This document shows positions 16,482 through 26,193 of a stretch of 32,000 nt of DNA, piece by piece. The stretch is from Psychrobacter sp. DM4 (lineage in GTDB: Bacteria > Pseudomonadota > Gammaproteobacteria > Pseudomonadales > Moraxellaceae). Positions within the stretch are counted from its first letter, which is position 1, and every line of letters starts with the position of its first letter. Both the position numbers and the translations under genes were made by a program. The DNA lies in assembly GCF_051307035.1 (NCBI RefSeq), contig NZ_CP195536.1:1260001-1292000 (forward strand), in the 5' to 3' direction. The notes beneath the pieces are model-generated. The model made no database searches. It worked only from the letters and a program-made list of their open reading frames with translations, and was not told the DNA's origin.

Positions 16482-17561
16482 ATGTCGCTTTCAAGTTCAT
16501 CTTCCAAGCTTGCTGATAATAGCGTCGTCTGTCTTATGGCACCGACGGCCAGTGGCAAGACGGCATTGGCATATGAGCTTTATGATACCAAGCGTTTTGA
16601 GCTGATCTCAGTTGATTCAGCACTGATATATCGTGATATGACCATCGGTACGGCAAAACCTAGTTTTGAGGAGTTAGCACGTTATCCGCATCATTTGGTG
16701 GATATTATTGATCCCACGCAGACCTATAGCGTTGCCCGGTTTGTCCGTGATGTGGCGCAGCTTATAGATAACTGTCATCAAAGCGGCAAGATACCTTTAT
16801 TGGTTGGTGGTACGATGATGTATTACATGGCGCTACTTGAGGGACTCTCTGACATCCCTGATAGTAGTGACAAGACACGCGCGCAGGTTGATGCTTGGCG
16901 ACAAGACGCTGGTATTGAAGCTTTATATAATTACCTAGGTAAGATTGATCCTATAAGCTATCAGCGTCTAAAATCAAATGATACTCAGCGTATCACGCGG
17001 GCAATTGAGGTGTTCGAGCAGACTAATACCTCGCTTAGCGACTGGCAGCGCAAACCTAAGCTGGCACTCGCGCATAATACTCATCAGCAGTGGCATGCTT
17101 TGAGTGTGATACCAGACCGAGCTTGGTTACATGAACGTATTGCGCAGCGCTTGGATATCATGTGGACCTCAGGACTGGTTGATGAAGTTATTAGTCTGCT
17201 AGAACATTATACGCTGACGCCTGATATGCCCTCTATGCGCTGCGTAGGGTATCGGCAAGTCCTTGAGTATTTGGTACATATCAGACATCCTGTGTTAGAA
17301 CGGCCGCATTTAGACCTAGAATTATTCTATAAGGCTTTTGCAATACATACTGATACGAATTCAATCCAGCAAGCGCTTGCCTATAAACAGATGCAAGACA
17401 AATCTCTATATGCCACTCGGCAGTTGGCAAAGCGTCAATATACTTGGCTACGCAAAATTAGCCAATTGTCTCATCATCATGCTTTAGATAAGCCAGATGA
17501 CTCTATTCGAGGTCAGACGTTCACTACTACGGCGCAGGCAAGAGATTATCTCTTATCATAA
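16482..17561 (+). CDS. miaA: tRNA dimethylallyltransferase
   Basis: LMAPTASGKTALAYEL (P-loop), SVDSALIYRDMTIGTAKP, LVGGTMMY and RQLAKRQYTWLR. It lies between mutL and hfq. Confidence 0.92.
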   Translation: MSLSSSSSKLADNSVVCLMAPTASGKTALAYELYDTKRFELISVDSALIYRDMTIGTAKPSFEELARYPHHLVDIIDPTQTYSVARFVRDVAQLIDNCHQSGKIPLLVGGTMMYYMALLEGLSDIPDSSDKTRAQVDAWRQDAGIEALYNYLGKIDPISYQRLKSNDTQRITRAIEVFEQTNTSLSDWQRKPKLALAHNTHQQWHALSVIPDRAWLHERIAQRLDIMWTSGLVDEVISLLEHYTLTPDMPSMRCVGYRQVLEYLVHIRHPVLERPHLDLELFYKAFAIHTDTNSIQQALAYKQMQDKSLYATRQLAKRQYTWLRKISQLSHHHALDKPDDSIRGQTFTTTAQARDYLLS

Positions 17562-17833
17562 ACAATGCATGCGATATCAAAAGGTTAACCATACATAAAG
17601 GAATCAATCACAATAAGTTGCAAAACCCAAAATAGATAGCTGTTATAATTTAATAGTGATAGTCAAAATATTAATAAAAGACTTTTATAATCAAGCGGTT
17701 AGATAGTTTTATTTAAAAATTTAGATATGTATTTTATAACTAAAAGTTACCTTTATATTTGATTGGCAGCACTTATATTAAGAAACACCGATAACGACTA
17801 TTAAAAATAATTATATTATCTAGGAGAGATTTC

Positions 17834-18376
17834 ATGTCAAAAGGACAAACCCTACAAGATCCATTCTTGAACTCACTACGTAAAGACCGTATCCCTGTCT
17901 CTATTTTTTTGGTTAATGGCATTAAATTGCAGGGCCAAATTGAATCATTTGATCAGTATGTTGTTCTTCTTAAGAATACGGTAAGCCAGATGGTATACAA
18001 GCATGCGATCTCTACGGTCGTACCTGCGCGTAACCCTAGAGGTACAACGACGACCAGTACTGCAGGCGGTAGTTCATCGACTCAAGCTCCAGGCTATCAA
18101 GGCGGTAGTACCAATAGTGGTTTTGAGCGTGGTAGCACTAGTACTAACTCTAATGCTAGTGGTGGTTATGAAGAGCGCAACTTTGCATCGAACCGTAGCG
18201 GCTTTAACCGTGGCGGCTTTGGTCAAGGGCAGGAGCGCGGTTTTGAGCGCGGTAACATTGGCCAAAATCAAGATCGCGGTTTTGAGCGCGGTGGCTTTGG
18301 TCGGGATCGCGGTTTTGAGAATCCAACGCAAGATAAGAGCACCGATGACAAAAACGATGATGCCAGTGATAGCTGA
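17834..18376 (+). CDS. hfq: RNA chaperone Hfq with a ~110-aa Gly/Ser/Asn-rich C-terminal extension
   Basis: The N-terminal 66 aa are nearly identical to E. coli Hfq ([61 protein letters not shown]). The tail carries four GFE(R/N) repeats. AGGAGAG lies upstream of the ATG. Confidence 0.95.
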   Translation: MSKGQTLQDPFLNSLRKDRIPVSIFLVNGIKLQGQIESFDQYVVLLKNTVSQMVYKHAISTVVPARNPRGTTTTSTAGGSSSTQAPGYQGGSTNSGFERGSTSTNSNASGGYEERNFASNRSGFNRGGFGQGQERGFERGNIGQNQDRGFERGGFGRDRGFENPTQDKSTDDKNDDASDS

Positions 18377-18397
18377 GACAAGCGGTTTCCTAACGAT

Positions 18398-18426
18398 AAA
18401 GACCTACTGCTAAGTAGGTCTTTTTT
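18398..18426 (+). terminator. Rho-independent terminator of hfq
   Basis: AAAGACCTACT pairs with AGTAGGTCTTT across the loop GCTA, followed by a T run. Confidence 0.88.
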
Positions 18427-18588
18427 ATATCAAGACTGACTCTATATAATGACCGATATTGACCAAATATAAAAAGTATTGAAAAGTATGTTTTACTACA
18501 TTTGAGCAGAATATAGTAAGATATATCACTAGCGTATGAAATTACAAACACAGCAATAAGTAAAATCAGACAGGCATTGAGCGAAATT

Positions 18589-19572
18589 ATGACTAACAGC
18601 ACTACTCACGCGCAGTTTATCAGTACTGCTATCGAAGCTATCAATACCGAAAAAGCGGCACTGAGCTTGTTAACAGAACAAATAGATAGCAGGTTTGCAC
18701 AGGCTTGTGACGTTATCTTGGCCTGTCAAGGGCGAGTTGTAGTGACTGGTATGGGTAAGTCGGGTTTGATCGGGCGTAAAATAGCAGCGACTTTCGCCTC
18801 GACAGGTACGCCTGCGTTTTTTATGCATCCAGGGGAGGCCGGACACGGTGACTTGGGGATGCTGGTTCAAGGTGATGTACTTCTTGCTATCTCAAACTCT
18901 GGTGAGTCAGATGAGATTAAGATGCTATTGCCTGTCGTCAAGCGCTTGGGTATTCCGCTCATTAGTATTAGCCGAGATCACAGAGGTATGTTGCCGCGCG
19001 CTGCTGATATCGTCCTGACGCTTGGCAAATCACAAGAAGCTTGTCCGCTCAACTTAGCACCAACTTCGAGCACGACTGCTACCTTAGCACTCGGTGATGC
19101 GTTGGCAGTGGCCTTGGTTCATGCGCGCAACTTTACTTCAGAGGACTTTGCATTATCACACCCTGCAGGTGCGCTGGGTCGGCAGTTGTTAACGCGAGTG
19201 GAGGATTTGATGCATACCTCAGTCGATCAGTTGCCACTTGTTAATCAACAGTCACCATTGCATAAGGCGCTATTTACGATGACTCATGGACGCCTAGGTA
19301 TGACAGTGGTGACTGATGATGAGCAAAGGGTCGTCGGTATATTTACGGATGGCGACTTGCGCCGCGTACTGGAGCGAGGTGTTGATCTCTCAGTTCCTAT
19401 ACATGAGGTGATGACCATTAACCCGCGTCAAATCGAAAGAACCATGCGCGCCTCTGACGCCCTAAGTGTCATGAATGAGAACGGTATTAGCCAGCTACTA
19501 GTTATGGATGATGAAGATCAATTGCAAGCCATTATAACCGTCCACGACTTGTTACAGGCAGGTGTTAAATAA
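18589..19572 (+). CDS. kdsD: Arabinose-5-phosphate isomerase (SIS domain plus tandem CBS)
   Basis: GRVVVTGMGKSGLIGRKIAATFASTGTPAFFMHPGEAGHGDLGM closely follows E. coli KdsD. C-terminal CBS pair. TTG 18577 is an alternative start. Confidence 0.9.
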   Translation: MTNSTTHAQFISTAIEAINTEKAALSLLTEQIDSRFAQACDVILACQGRVVVTGMGKSGLIGRKIAATFASTGTPAFFMHPGEAGHGDLGMLVQGDVLLAISNSGESDEIKMLLPVVKRLGIPLISISRDHRGMLPRAADIVLTLGKSQEACPLNLAPTSSTTATLALGDALAVALVHARNFTSEDFALSHPAGALGRQLLTRVEDLMHTSVDQLPLVNQQSPLHKALFTMTHGRLGMTVVTDDEQRVVGIFTDGDLRRVLERGVDLSVPIHEVMTINPRQIERTMRASDALSVMNENGISQLLVMDDEDQLQAIITVHDLLQAGVK

Positions 19573-19603
19573 AGAATGGTCATTCAAATATAAGAGATAA
19601 GCT

Positions 19604-20164
19604 ATGCAAGATTTAATAGAAAAAGCCGGACAAGTTAAGTTACTCATTATGGACGTAGATGGTATTTTGTCCAATGGTCAAATTATTTATGATGCTAATG
19701 GCACTGAGACCAAAGCGTTTTCGGTACAAGACGGTGTTGGGGTCAAATCGCTATCACGCTACGGTATACTGACGGCGATTATTACGGGTCGTAGTAGCCC
19801 TATGGTAGACAAACGCGCAAACGAGATGGGCGTAAAATACGTCGTTCAAGGCCGCGATGACAAGCTGGTAGCGTTAAACGAGCTACTTGGTATGTTAGAT
19901 CCTACGCTTGATATCACCGCCGCTGATTGTGCTTACATGGGTGATGATTTGCCAGATATCAAAGCTATGCAAACGGTAGGCTTTGCCGCGACGGTTCCTA
20001 ATGCGCACTCAGAGGTCATCAATCGCAGTGATATGGTGACAACGTGCTCAGGCGGCACTGGCGCGGTACGTGAAGTCTGTGATCTGATTCTAAAAGGTCA
20101 TGGACATTATCAGGATTTTATTGGGCACTATACCTTAGATCAGACGCAGGATGATTTATCGTGA
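19604..20164 (+). CDS. kdsC: 3-deoxy-D-manno-octulosonate 8-phosphate phosphatase
   Basis: LLIMDVDGILSNGQIIY, DG.G and YMGDDLPD are HAD motifs. It lies between kdsD and lptC. Confidence 0.9.
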   Translation: MQDLIEKAGQVKLLIMDVDGILSNGQIIYDANGTETKAFSVQDGVGVKSLSRYGILTAIITGRSSPMVDKRANEMGVKYVVQGRDDKLVALNELLGMLDPTLDITAADCAYMGDDLPDIKAMQTVGFAATVPNAHSEVINRSDMVTTCSGGTGAVREVCDLILKGHGHYQDFIGHYTLDQTQDDLS

Positions 20165-20742
20165 ATACTCGGGTTCTTATTGTCCTAGCCCTTATTATCG
20201 CAGGCATTGCTGGTTGGTTCTTTCAGCAGCAAGGTGAGATCACGCCGCCTGTTAACATTGAGGCGACCGATGTAGATTATGAGGCCACTGATATTAAAGC
20301 GGTGCAAACCAATGATGAGGGTGAAACTGAGTACGAGCTTAGCGCTGAGTCCTTGATTCATAATCCTGAAACCAATCAGGATGAGATGTCTGGTATTACT
20401 ATGGATTGGCAGCCCTCTGATGAGCAGCGCTATATGATCGAAGCGGGTAGCGCGGCTATCAATCAGCAAAGCGGTGACCTACGTTTAGGTGGCGGTTTTA
20501 GCTTGGTAAGCGAAGAGAAGAGCGCCTCTGATATTGAGCCAATCAAGGTCACAGGTCAAACACTTATGGGCAATACCAAATCCCGCCAAGTCTATAGCAA
20601 TGAGCCCGTAAAGGTTGAGCAGGGTATGAATCGTTTTACCGCCTCTAGTATGACTGCCAATCTTGAGACGGGTGAGTATGAGTTTGGACAAGTCGCCGTG
20701 ACTTTTACACCCGCTGAGCGCCAAGACAAAGCTTTGTTTTGA
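20161..20742 (+). CDS. lptC: LPS export system protein LptC
   Basis: The GTG start overlaps the kdsC stop (GTGA). It has a single N-terminal TM anchor (VLIVLALIIAGIAGWFF), a beta-rich periplasmic body, and the conserved position between kdsC and lptA. Confidence 0.82.
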   Translation: MNTRVLIVLALIIAGIAGWFFQQQGEITPPVNIEATDVDYEATDIKAVQTNDEGETEYELSAESLIHNPETNQDEMSGITMDWQPSDEQRYMIEAGSAAINQQSGDLRLGGGFSLVSEEKSASDIEPIKVTGQTLMGNTKSRQVYSNEPVKVEQGMNRFTASSMTANLETGEYEFGQVAVTFTPAERQDKALF

Positions 20743-20805
20743 GTAAAACTGATATCTATTTGACGTTTGCAAACCCTAATTTTAACAAAAACTAGAGACC
20801 TATTT

Positions 20806-21372
20806 ATGAACAACTCCTTGCCAGCTTTGCATTCCTCTGTCATAAGTCCAAAGCGATTTATCTACGCGTTACGTACGCTGCCTATAGCCGTGCTCTTGAC
20901 ACTGCCTATATATAGTCATGCCCTGCCATCAGACGCCAATCAGCCCATCAAACTATTGGCAGACAAGGCGACTTATAGCGAGCGTACCGGGGTCACTAGC
21001 TACTCAGGTAACGTCATCATCACTCAAGGGACGCTCAAGCTAACCGCTGATGACATCACTGTTAATTTATCCCCGCAGCGCAGTATTAATTCAGCAGTAG
21101 CTACTGGTCGACCTGCGACTATGCAACAAGTGATCACGCAAGATAAAGGTCTGGCAAAGGGTCAAGGCAACAAGATAGACTACAATGCGGTAACAGGTAT
21201 CATCACTTTGACAGGTAATGCTAAACTCAATCAAAATGGTGCGAGCTTTGCAGGTAATGTCATTCGCTATAGCCTTAAAGCGGGCGATGTTGAGGCGACC
21301 GCAGGCAATAGTCAACGTGTCGAGCTGATACTACCGCCAAATAATAATACCAATCAGCGCGGCGTACGTTAA
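20806..21372 (+). CDS. lptA: LPS transport periplasmic protein LptA
   Basis: Signal peptide, then SDANQPIKLLADKATYSERTGVTSYSGNVIITQGTLKLTADDITV (OstA-like fold). ATG 20806 is preferred over the TTG 20767 track start. Confidence 0.88.
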   Translation: MNNSLPALHSSVISPKRFIYALRTLPIAVLLTLPIYSHALPSDANQPIKLLADKATYSERTGVTSYSGNVIITQGTLKLTADDITVNLSPQRSINSAVATGRPATMQQVITQDKGLAKGQGNKIDYNAVTGIITLTGNAKLNQNGASFAGNVIRYSLKAGDVEATAGNSQRVELILPPNNNTNQRGVR

Positions 21373-21507
21373 CTTTATATGCGCAAGCTTTGCATCGAGC
21401 AATTAGTATAAGCTAAGAGCTAGATGCTCCCGCAAGCTGCTGGATGATTTTATACTCAATAGACTTTATACCGATCAATTTTGTACCAATTTAAGACTAA
21501 ATACCCT

Positions 21508-22299
21508 ATGAATAATAAGTCTCCTGTAACAGATACCACATTCACTGAATCGGTTGTTTATTCTACCGCGTTGCCTGAGCGTCTGGTCATGCAAAGCCTT
21601 GGCAAAAGCTATGGTAAACGTTGGGTGGTCAAGGATGTCTCATTTTCAGTGGAGCAGGGTCAGGTTGTTGGACTTTTGGGCCCTAATGGTGCTGGTAAGA
21701 CTACAAGTTTTTATATGGTGGTGGGGCTCGTCAATATGGATAGAGGCCGTGTAACTTTGGGTAAAATGGATTTGTCCAAATACGCTATGCATGAGCGCGC
21801 GCGTGCTGGTATCGGTTACTTGCCGCAAGAGGCGTCTATATTTCGCAAATTATCTATCGAAGATAACATCCTCTCAATCTTGCAAACGCGCAGTGAATTA
21901 AATGCCAGCGAGCAGCGTTTAGAGCTTGAAAAACTGATCAAAGAGTTCCATCTAGAAGGAGTACGTAGCTCTCTTGGTATGAGCGTTTCAGGCGGTGAGC
22001 GTCGTCGCTGCGAGATTGCTCGGGCACTGGCGGCTAACCCTAAATTTATCTTGTTAGATGAGCCTTTTGCAGGCGTTGATCCTATCTCAGTTGGCGATAT
22101 CAAAGATGTGATTTTGGCACTAAAAAATCGCGGTATCGGCGTCTTGATTACCGATCATAATGTTCGTGACACGCTCGCTATCTGCGAAAAAGCTTATATT
22201 GTCTCAGAAGGCGCTATCATAGCTGAGGGCACATCAGATGAGGTATTAAACAATGAACTCGTCAAAGAGATCTATCTAGGTAAGGATTTTAGAGTCTAG
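21508..22299 (+). CDS. lptB: LPS export ABC transporter ATP-binding protein LptB
   Basis: [37 protein letters not shown] and [11 protein letters not shown]. The start is uncertain: ATG 21508, TTG 21481 or ATG 21589. The first two give a ~25-35 aa N-terminal extension relative to E. coli LptB. Confidence 0.9.
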   Translation: MNNKSPVTDTTFTESVVYSTALPERLVMQSLGKSYGKRWVVKDVSFSVEQGQVVGLLGPNGAGKTTSFYMVVGLVNMDRGRVTLGKMDLSKYAMHERARAGIGYLPQEASIFRKLSIEDNILSILQTRSELNASEQRLELEKLIKEFHLEGVRSSLGMSVSGGERRRCEIARALAANPKFILLDEPFAGVDPISVGDIKDVILALKNRGIGVLITDHNVRDTLAICEKAYIVSEGAIIAEGTSDEVLNNELVKEIYLGKDFRV

Positions 22300-22470
22300 G
22301 TATTACTTTTTTTATTACTGATTTCTAAGTTTGGTACGTCCGCCTTTCACTACAATACTCATTTAATCGTCTGATTCTTCTATTTAATCGAACTCTTCAT
22401 TCATGCTAATTTCTAGGTTTGTGCGCTACAGCGTACGTCTCAGGAGTGCGCTAAATAAGGTTTATCTTCT

Positions 22471-23919
22471 ATGGCAAAAAACAAAAGCAGCTATGTCTGC
22501 CAAAGTTGCGGGGCTCATTTTGGTAAATGGGCAGGTCAGTGTTCTGATTGCTCTGAGTGGAACAGTTTGGTTGAAGCGCCAAACGTGAGCATGCCGCACC
22601 ATAACAAAGCCAGCGCAAAAAGCGCACCGAGAGCCGCACCGCGTCATCCCCCTAATGGCACGACCACTGGCGGTAATTATTCAGGTACTCATAGTGCGGT
22701 TATGCCGCTTAATGCGGTTAGTGTAACCTTGGATACGCGCCTGCCTACTGGTATCAGTGAATTTGACCGGGTACTCGGCGGCGGTTTGGTAGCAGGTTCC
22801 GTAGTACTGATCGGCGGCGATCCTGGTATTGGTAAGTCAACTATCTTGCTACAGACGGCGACCAATATGGCGCGCGCTGACTCGCTAGCAGGTAGCGCGC
22901 TCTATGTCACAGGAGAGGAATCCTTGGCACAGGTAGCTATGCGCGCCAAGCGCTTAGAGTTGCCCGCAGATCGACTTAGAGTGCTCGCTGAGACCAATGT
23001 CGAAACCATATGCGCCGCTTTGACTCAAGAACAGCCTGCTATTGCCATTATTGATTCTATTCAGACTATCTATACCGATGCGATTAATTCAGCGCCAGGC
23101 GGCGTAAGTCAAATTCGAGAGTCGGCAGCGATTTTGACCCGTTATGCTAAGCAAACAGGGACAGCGCTATTCTTAGTCGGTCACGTGACCAAAGAAGGAA
23201 CGCTTGCAGGCCCGCGAGTACTTGAGCACATGGTCGATACTGTATTGTATTTCGAAGGACAGTCTGATTCGAGGTTTCGGATGATACGCGCGGTCAAAAA
23301 TCGCTTTGGCGCAGTCAATGAGCTGGGTATCTTTGGCATGACTGATATGGGTCTTAAAGAAGTCGCTAACCCGTCAGCAATATTTTTGAGCCGTTATGAC
23401 AAACCTGTCGCAGGTTCAGTGGTCATGGTAAGCCGTGAAGGTACACGCCCGCTATTGGTTGAGGTGCAAGCACTAGTTGATGACTCACAGGGGCAGCCAA
23501 GGCGTATGGCGTTAGGCTTGGACTTTCAGCGCTTATCTATGCTGCTTGCGGTCATGCATCGACACGGCGGTATTCATACTAGCGGGCAAGATGTTTACGT
23601 CAATGTCGTCGGCGGAGTCAAGGTGATAGAGACAGGCTCTGATTTAGCGGTACTGCTCGCTTGCGCCTCTAGTATAAAAGAGCGCGCTTTGCCTTCATCA
23701 TTAGCGGTATTTGGAGAGGTCGGGTTATCAGGCGAGATACGTCCTGTACCCAATGGTCAAGAGCGCTTAAAAGAGGCGATGAAGCACGGCTTTAAACATG
23801 CTATTGTGCCAAAAGCCAATGCGCCTGCAAAAAACTCGGCTCAATTCAAAGGTATTAATGTGATTGCGGTCGAGCGCCTTGATGATGCTATTCAAAATGC
23901 TTTTGATATAGAAAACTAA
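22471..23919 (+). CDS. radA: DNA repair protein RadA (Sms)
   Basis: YVCQSCGAHFGKWAGQCSDCSEWNSLVE (zinc finger), GGDPGIGKSTILLQ (Walker A), KNRFG and a Lon-like C-terminal domain. It has an extended Pro/Ala/Gly-rich linker after the zinc finger. Confidence 0.93.
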   Translation: MAKNKSSYVCQSCGAHFGKWAGQCSDCSEWNSLVEAPNVSMPHHNKASAKSAPRAAPRHPPNGTTTGGNYSGTHSAVMPLNAVSVTLDTRLPTGISEFDRVLGGGLVAGSVVLIGGDPGIGKSTILLQTATNMARADSLAGSALYVTGEESLAQVAMRAKRLELPADRLRVLAETNVETICAALTQEQPAIAIIDSIQTIYTDAINSAPGGVSQIRESAAILTRYAKQTGTALFLVGHVTKEGTLAGPRVLEHMVDTVLYFEGQSDSRFRMIRAVKNRFGAVNELGIFGMTDMGLKEVANPSAIFLSRYDKPVAGSVVMVSREGTRPLLVEVQALVDDSQGQPRRMALGLDFQRLSMLLAVMHRHGGIHTSGQDVYVNVVGGVKVIETGSDLAVLLACASSIKERALPSSLAVFGEVGLSGEIRPVPNGQERLKEAMKHGFKHAIVPKANAPAKNSAQFKGINVIAVERLDDAIQNAFDIEN

Positions 23920-23942
23920 GAGTGTCTTGCAAAAGTAACAAG

Positions 23943-23998
23943 CTACTACTACAAAAAAGCGCCTAACTTATAAGTTGGGCGCTTTTTTGTAGTAGTAG
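23943..23998. terminator. 56-bp near-perfect palindrome; bidirectional terminator between convergent radA and rlpA
   Basis: CTACTACTACAAAAAAGCGCCTAACTTATAAGTTGGGCGCTTTTTTGTAGTAGTAG. The GC-rich core stem is flanked by an A6 run on one side and a T6 run on the other. Confidence 0.85.
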
Positions 23999-24015
23999 TA
24001 AAACAAATTAAAAAT

Positions 24016-24630
24016 TTAGGGTCCTGATACGCGCTCGATAGAGACGTTGCCGACGCCTTTACTAGTAATACCAAGCTTTTTGGCAGCGCCATAAGATAAG
24101 TCTAAAACGCGATTGCCATGGAAAGGACCACGATCATTAACCTTTACTACAACACTTTTGCCATTAGTTTTGTTAGTGACTTTAACATAGCAGTTGAGGG
24201 GCAATGAGCGATGCGCTGCTGTTAGGGCATTCATATCGAAAGTCTCACCGCTAGCAGTTTTGCGACCATGGAACTTACGACCATACCAAGAAGCCAAACC
24301 ACTTTGAGTGAACTTGCTCAAAGAGTTAGAGGCTGATGCGGTTAAACGCTCTAATACGTCCCCGTCATCGCTAACACTAGAGGTATCACTAGTCAGTAAT
24401 GAGCTATTGAGGGCTAAAGAGGTAGGCTGACGAGCAGATTTGACAAGACTTGATGCCCCATCATGCTGACGAGAAAGCTCACTTAAGACACGATCAATAT
24501 GAGAGCTATTGTCTTGAGAGAACGTGGTATAGGCACTTGGCGCTTCTGCTGCGTTCACATTGACCGCGAGCGTAGAGCCTGCAAACAGACAAACTGACAT
24601 CGTAAGTAAACCAGATAGACGCTTATTCAT
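24016..24630 (-). CDS. rlpA: Septal ring lytic transglycosylase RlpA family (DPBB domain) protein
   Basis: GLASWYGRKFHGRKTASGETFDMNALTAAHRSLPLNCYVKVTNKTNGKSVVVKVNDRGPF. Signal peptide MNKRLSGLLTMSVCLFAGS. ATG 24630 has AGAGGT 7 nt upstream and is preferred over the 24663 track start. Confidence 0.88.
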   Translation of the reverse strand: MNKRLSGLLTMSVCLFAGSTLAVNVNAAEAPSAYTTFSQDNSSHIDRVLSELSRQHDGASSLVKSARQPTSLALNSSLLTSDTSSVSDDGDVLERLTASASNSLSKFTQSGLASWYGRKFHGRKTASGETFDMNALTAAHRSLPLNCYVKVTNKTNGKSVVVKVNDRGPFHGNRVLDLSYGAAKKLGITSKGVGNVSIERVSGP

Positions 24631-25091
24631 AAATACCTCTATAACTTGTACGTTGACGCTCAATCCCTTGATGGTAGATTAAGCATAGCGCTGTTAGAAT
24701 GTTCTAACATCGCTGACTATACTTACAAGTTATAACTAAATGATTATTTAATGCTATCTTTGACAGTAGCTTTGTACAACTTGTGTATCGAATCTATTTA
24801 AAAGAGGTTAACGTATAGTGATAAAAAAGACAAGCGTTAAAATCTGTAAGTGTAAATTAACAGTAAGTGTAGTAATTGAGAAACAATAGAGAAAGTTATC
24901 AGAAACAAACAAATTATTGTTTAGTCAGTATATAAACTAAATTGTACTCTGTTGATTTTGATGTTCGAAATTATGATACGAGTAGTACTAATTGAGTAAG
25001 TAGTCGCTTGGAATCCAAAAATACTCTGCCTAGCAAATCCCAGTTCAGCAGAACAACTAGGCTCGTTAAAACTTGATAGATAAGTGTACCG

Positions 25092-25157
25092 ATGACTTGT
25101 TACAGTCGATGCCTCTGCCAAGTCATGTTTCAAAAGTGATATCTTGGCAAAGGCATC
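25092..25157 (-). other. Two overlapping, mutually exclusive stem-loops just downstream of the cysE stop
   Basis: GATGCCTCTGCCAAG (25108-25122) pairs with CTTGGCAAAGGCATC (25143-25157) at 14 of 15 positions. ATGACTTG (25092-25099) pairs with CAAGTCAT (25119-25126), which shares bases with the first arm. No U tract follows on the minus strand. Confidence 0.45.
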
Positions 25158-25173
25158 TAAAATATTTCTGATA

Positions 25174-26043
25174 TTACCTTTGTCCCGTATCACTATCTTC
25201 TAGACCATCAATGTCATTTTGACCAATTACGTCCAAATCCTTAAGACACAATTTGTTATATTCCTTTTTGCAAAAGCTTGGGTCTATTTCGCACATAGCG
25301 GCTTGCATCTGATCGAGACGGGTTTCAGACTGCTGAATGTGCTCAAGCATCTTAGCAAAGGCTTCAGCAACGGGGTCTTGTGAGTAGGGGTCAATACCAT
25401 AAGCTTGAAAAGTGGTCGCGCGGCTATTACTCGTTTTGTCTTTTTGTTTATCAGCCTGCGCCTTAGGCGTAATAGGATTGCCCTTTTCATCATGCAGATC
25501 AGATATCATACGCGCCGCATTACCAACCATCGTAGCATTCTCTGGTACTGGTTTAACGACGACCGCATTTGAACCTATCTTGGCATTTTTGCCTACGGTA
25601 AACGGCCCTAAGACTTTAGCGCCCGCACCAACTGTCACGCCATCTTCTAACGTTGGATGACGTTTGCCATTATTCCATGAGACCCCGCCCAAGGTGACGC
25701 CATGGTATAAAGTCACATCATTACCAATCTCAGCGGTTTCGCCTATGACGACACCAACACCATGATCAATAAAAAAACGTCTACCAATTTTGGCTGCGGG
25801 ATGAATTTCGATACCAGTGATGATACGCGAGCCATAAGAGATAGTACGAGCTGCAAGTTTTTGATCATGCTCCCACAGGTAATGAGCACTGCGATGCAAG
25901 ATAAGCGCGTGGATACCAGGATAGGTCAATATCACCTCTAGGCTGTTGCGCGCTGCAGGGTCGCGGGTGAAAACTGCTTCGATGTCCTCTTTAAGTTCTT
26001 TTTTGACACGCGAGAATGATTTGAACCAGGTCGTGAATGACAT
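25174..26043 (-). CDS. cysE: Serine O-acetyltransferase (short N-terminal type with ~100-aa C-terminal extension)
   Basis: [74 protein letters not shown] and hexapeptide repeats. ATG 26043 has AAAGGAA upstream, and the track start at 26118 is probably too long. Confidence 0.9.
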   Translation of the reverse strand: MSFTTWFKSFSRVKKELKEDIEAVFTRDPAARNSLEVILTYPGIHALILHRSAHYLWEHDQKLAARTISYGSRIITGIEIHPAAKIGRRFFIDHGVGVVIGETAEIGNDVTLYHGVTLGGVSWNNGKRHPTLEDGVTVGAGAKVLGPFTVGKNAKIGSNAVVVKPVPENATMVGNAARMISDLHDEKGNPITPKAQADKQKDKTSNSRATTFQAYGIDPYSQDPVAEAFAKMLEHIQQSETRLDQMQAAMCEIDPSFCKKEYNKLCLKDLDVIGQNDIDGLEDSDTGQR

Positions 26044-26193
26044 AAGGCATTCCTTTTTATCAAAAATAATCATTTTTATGGTTAGGCTTCTGACTATGAT
26101 AGCAGTCTGCGACATCATAAAGGCAATAACAAAGTTGTAACTGTTTTGGTATCTAAAGCCCAGTTATCAGAGTCAAAACACAATTGAAATATG

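Noticed and set aside
18003-18413. A 136-aa plus-strand ORF and an 85-aa minus-strand ORF (18074-18331) overlapping the hfq tail.
   Set aside because: These are alternative-frame readings of the Gly-rich repeat DNA. They have biased composition and no RBS, and the hfq frame is unambiguous.
24921-25193. A 90-aa minus-strand ORF spanning the cysE stop and part of the cysE-rlpA gap.
   Set aside because: Its GTG start lies inside the cysE 3' end with no SD. It has an odd composition and no recognisable motif, and the region is better explained by hairpins and repeats.
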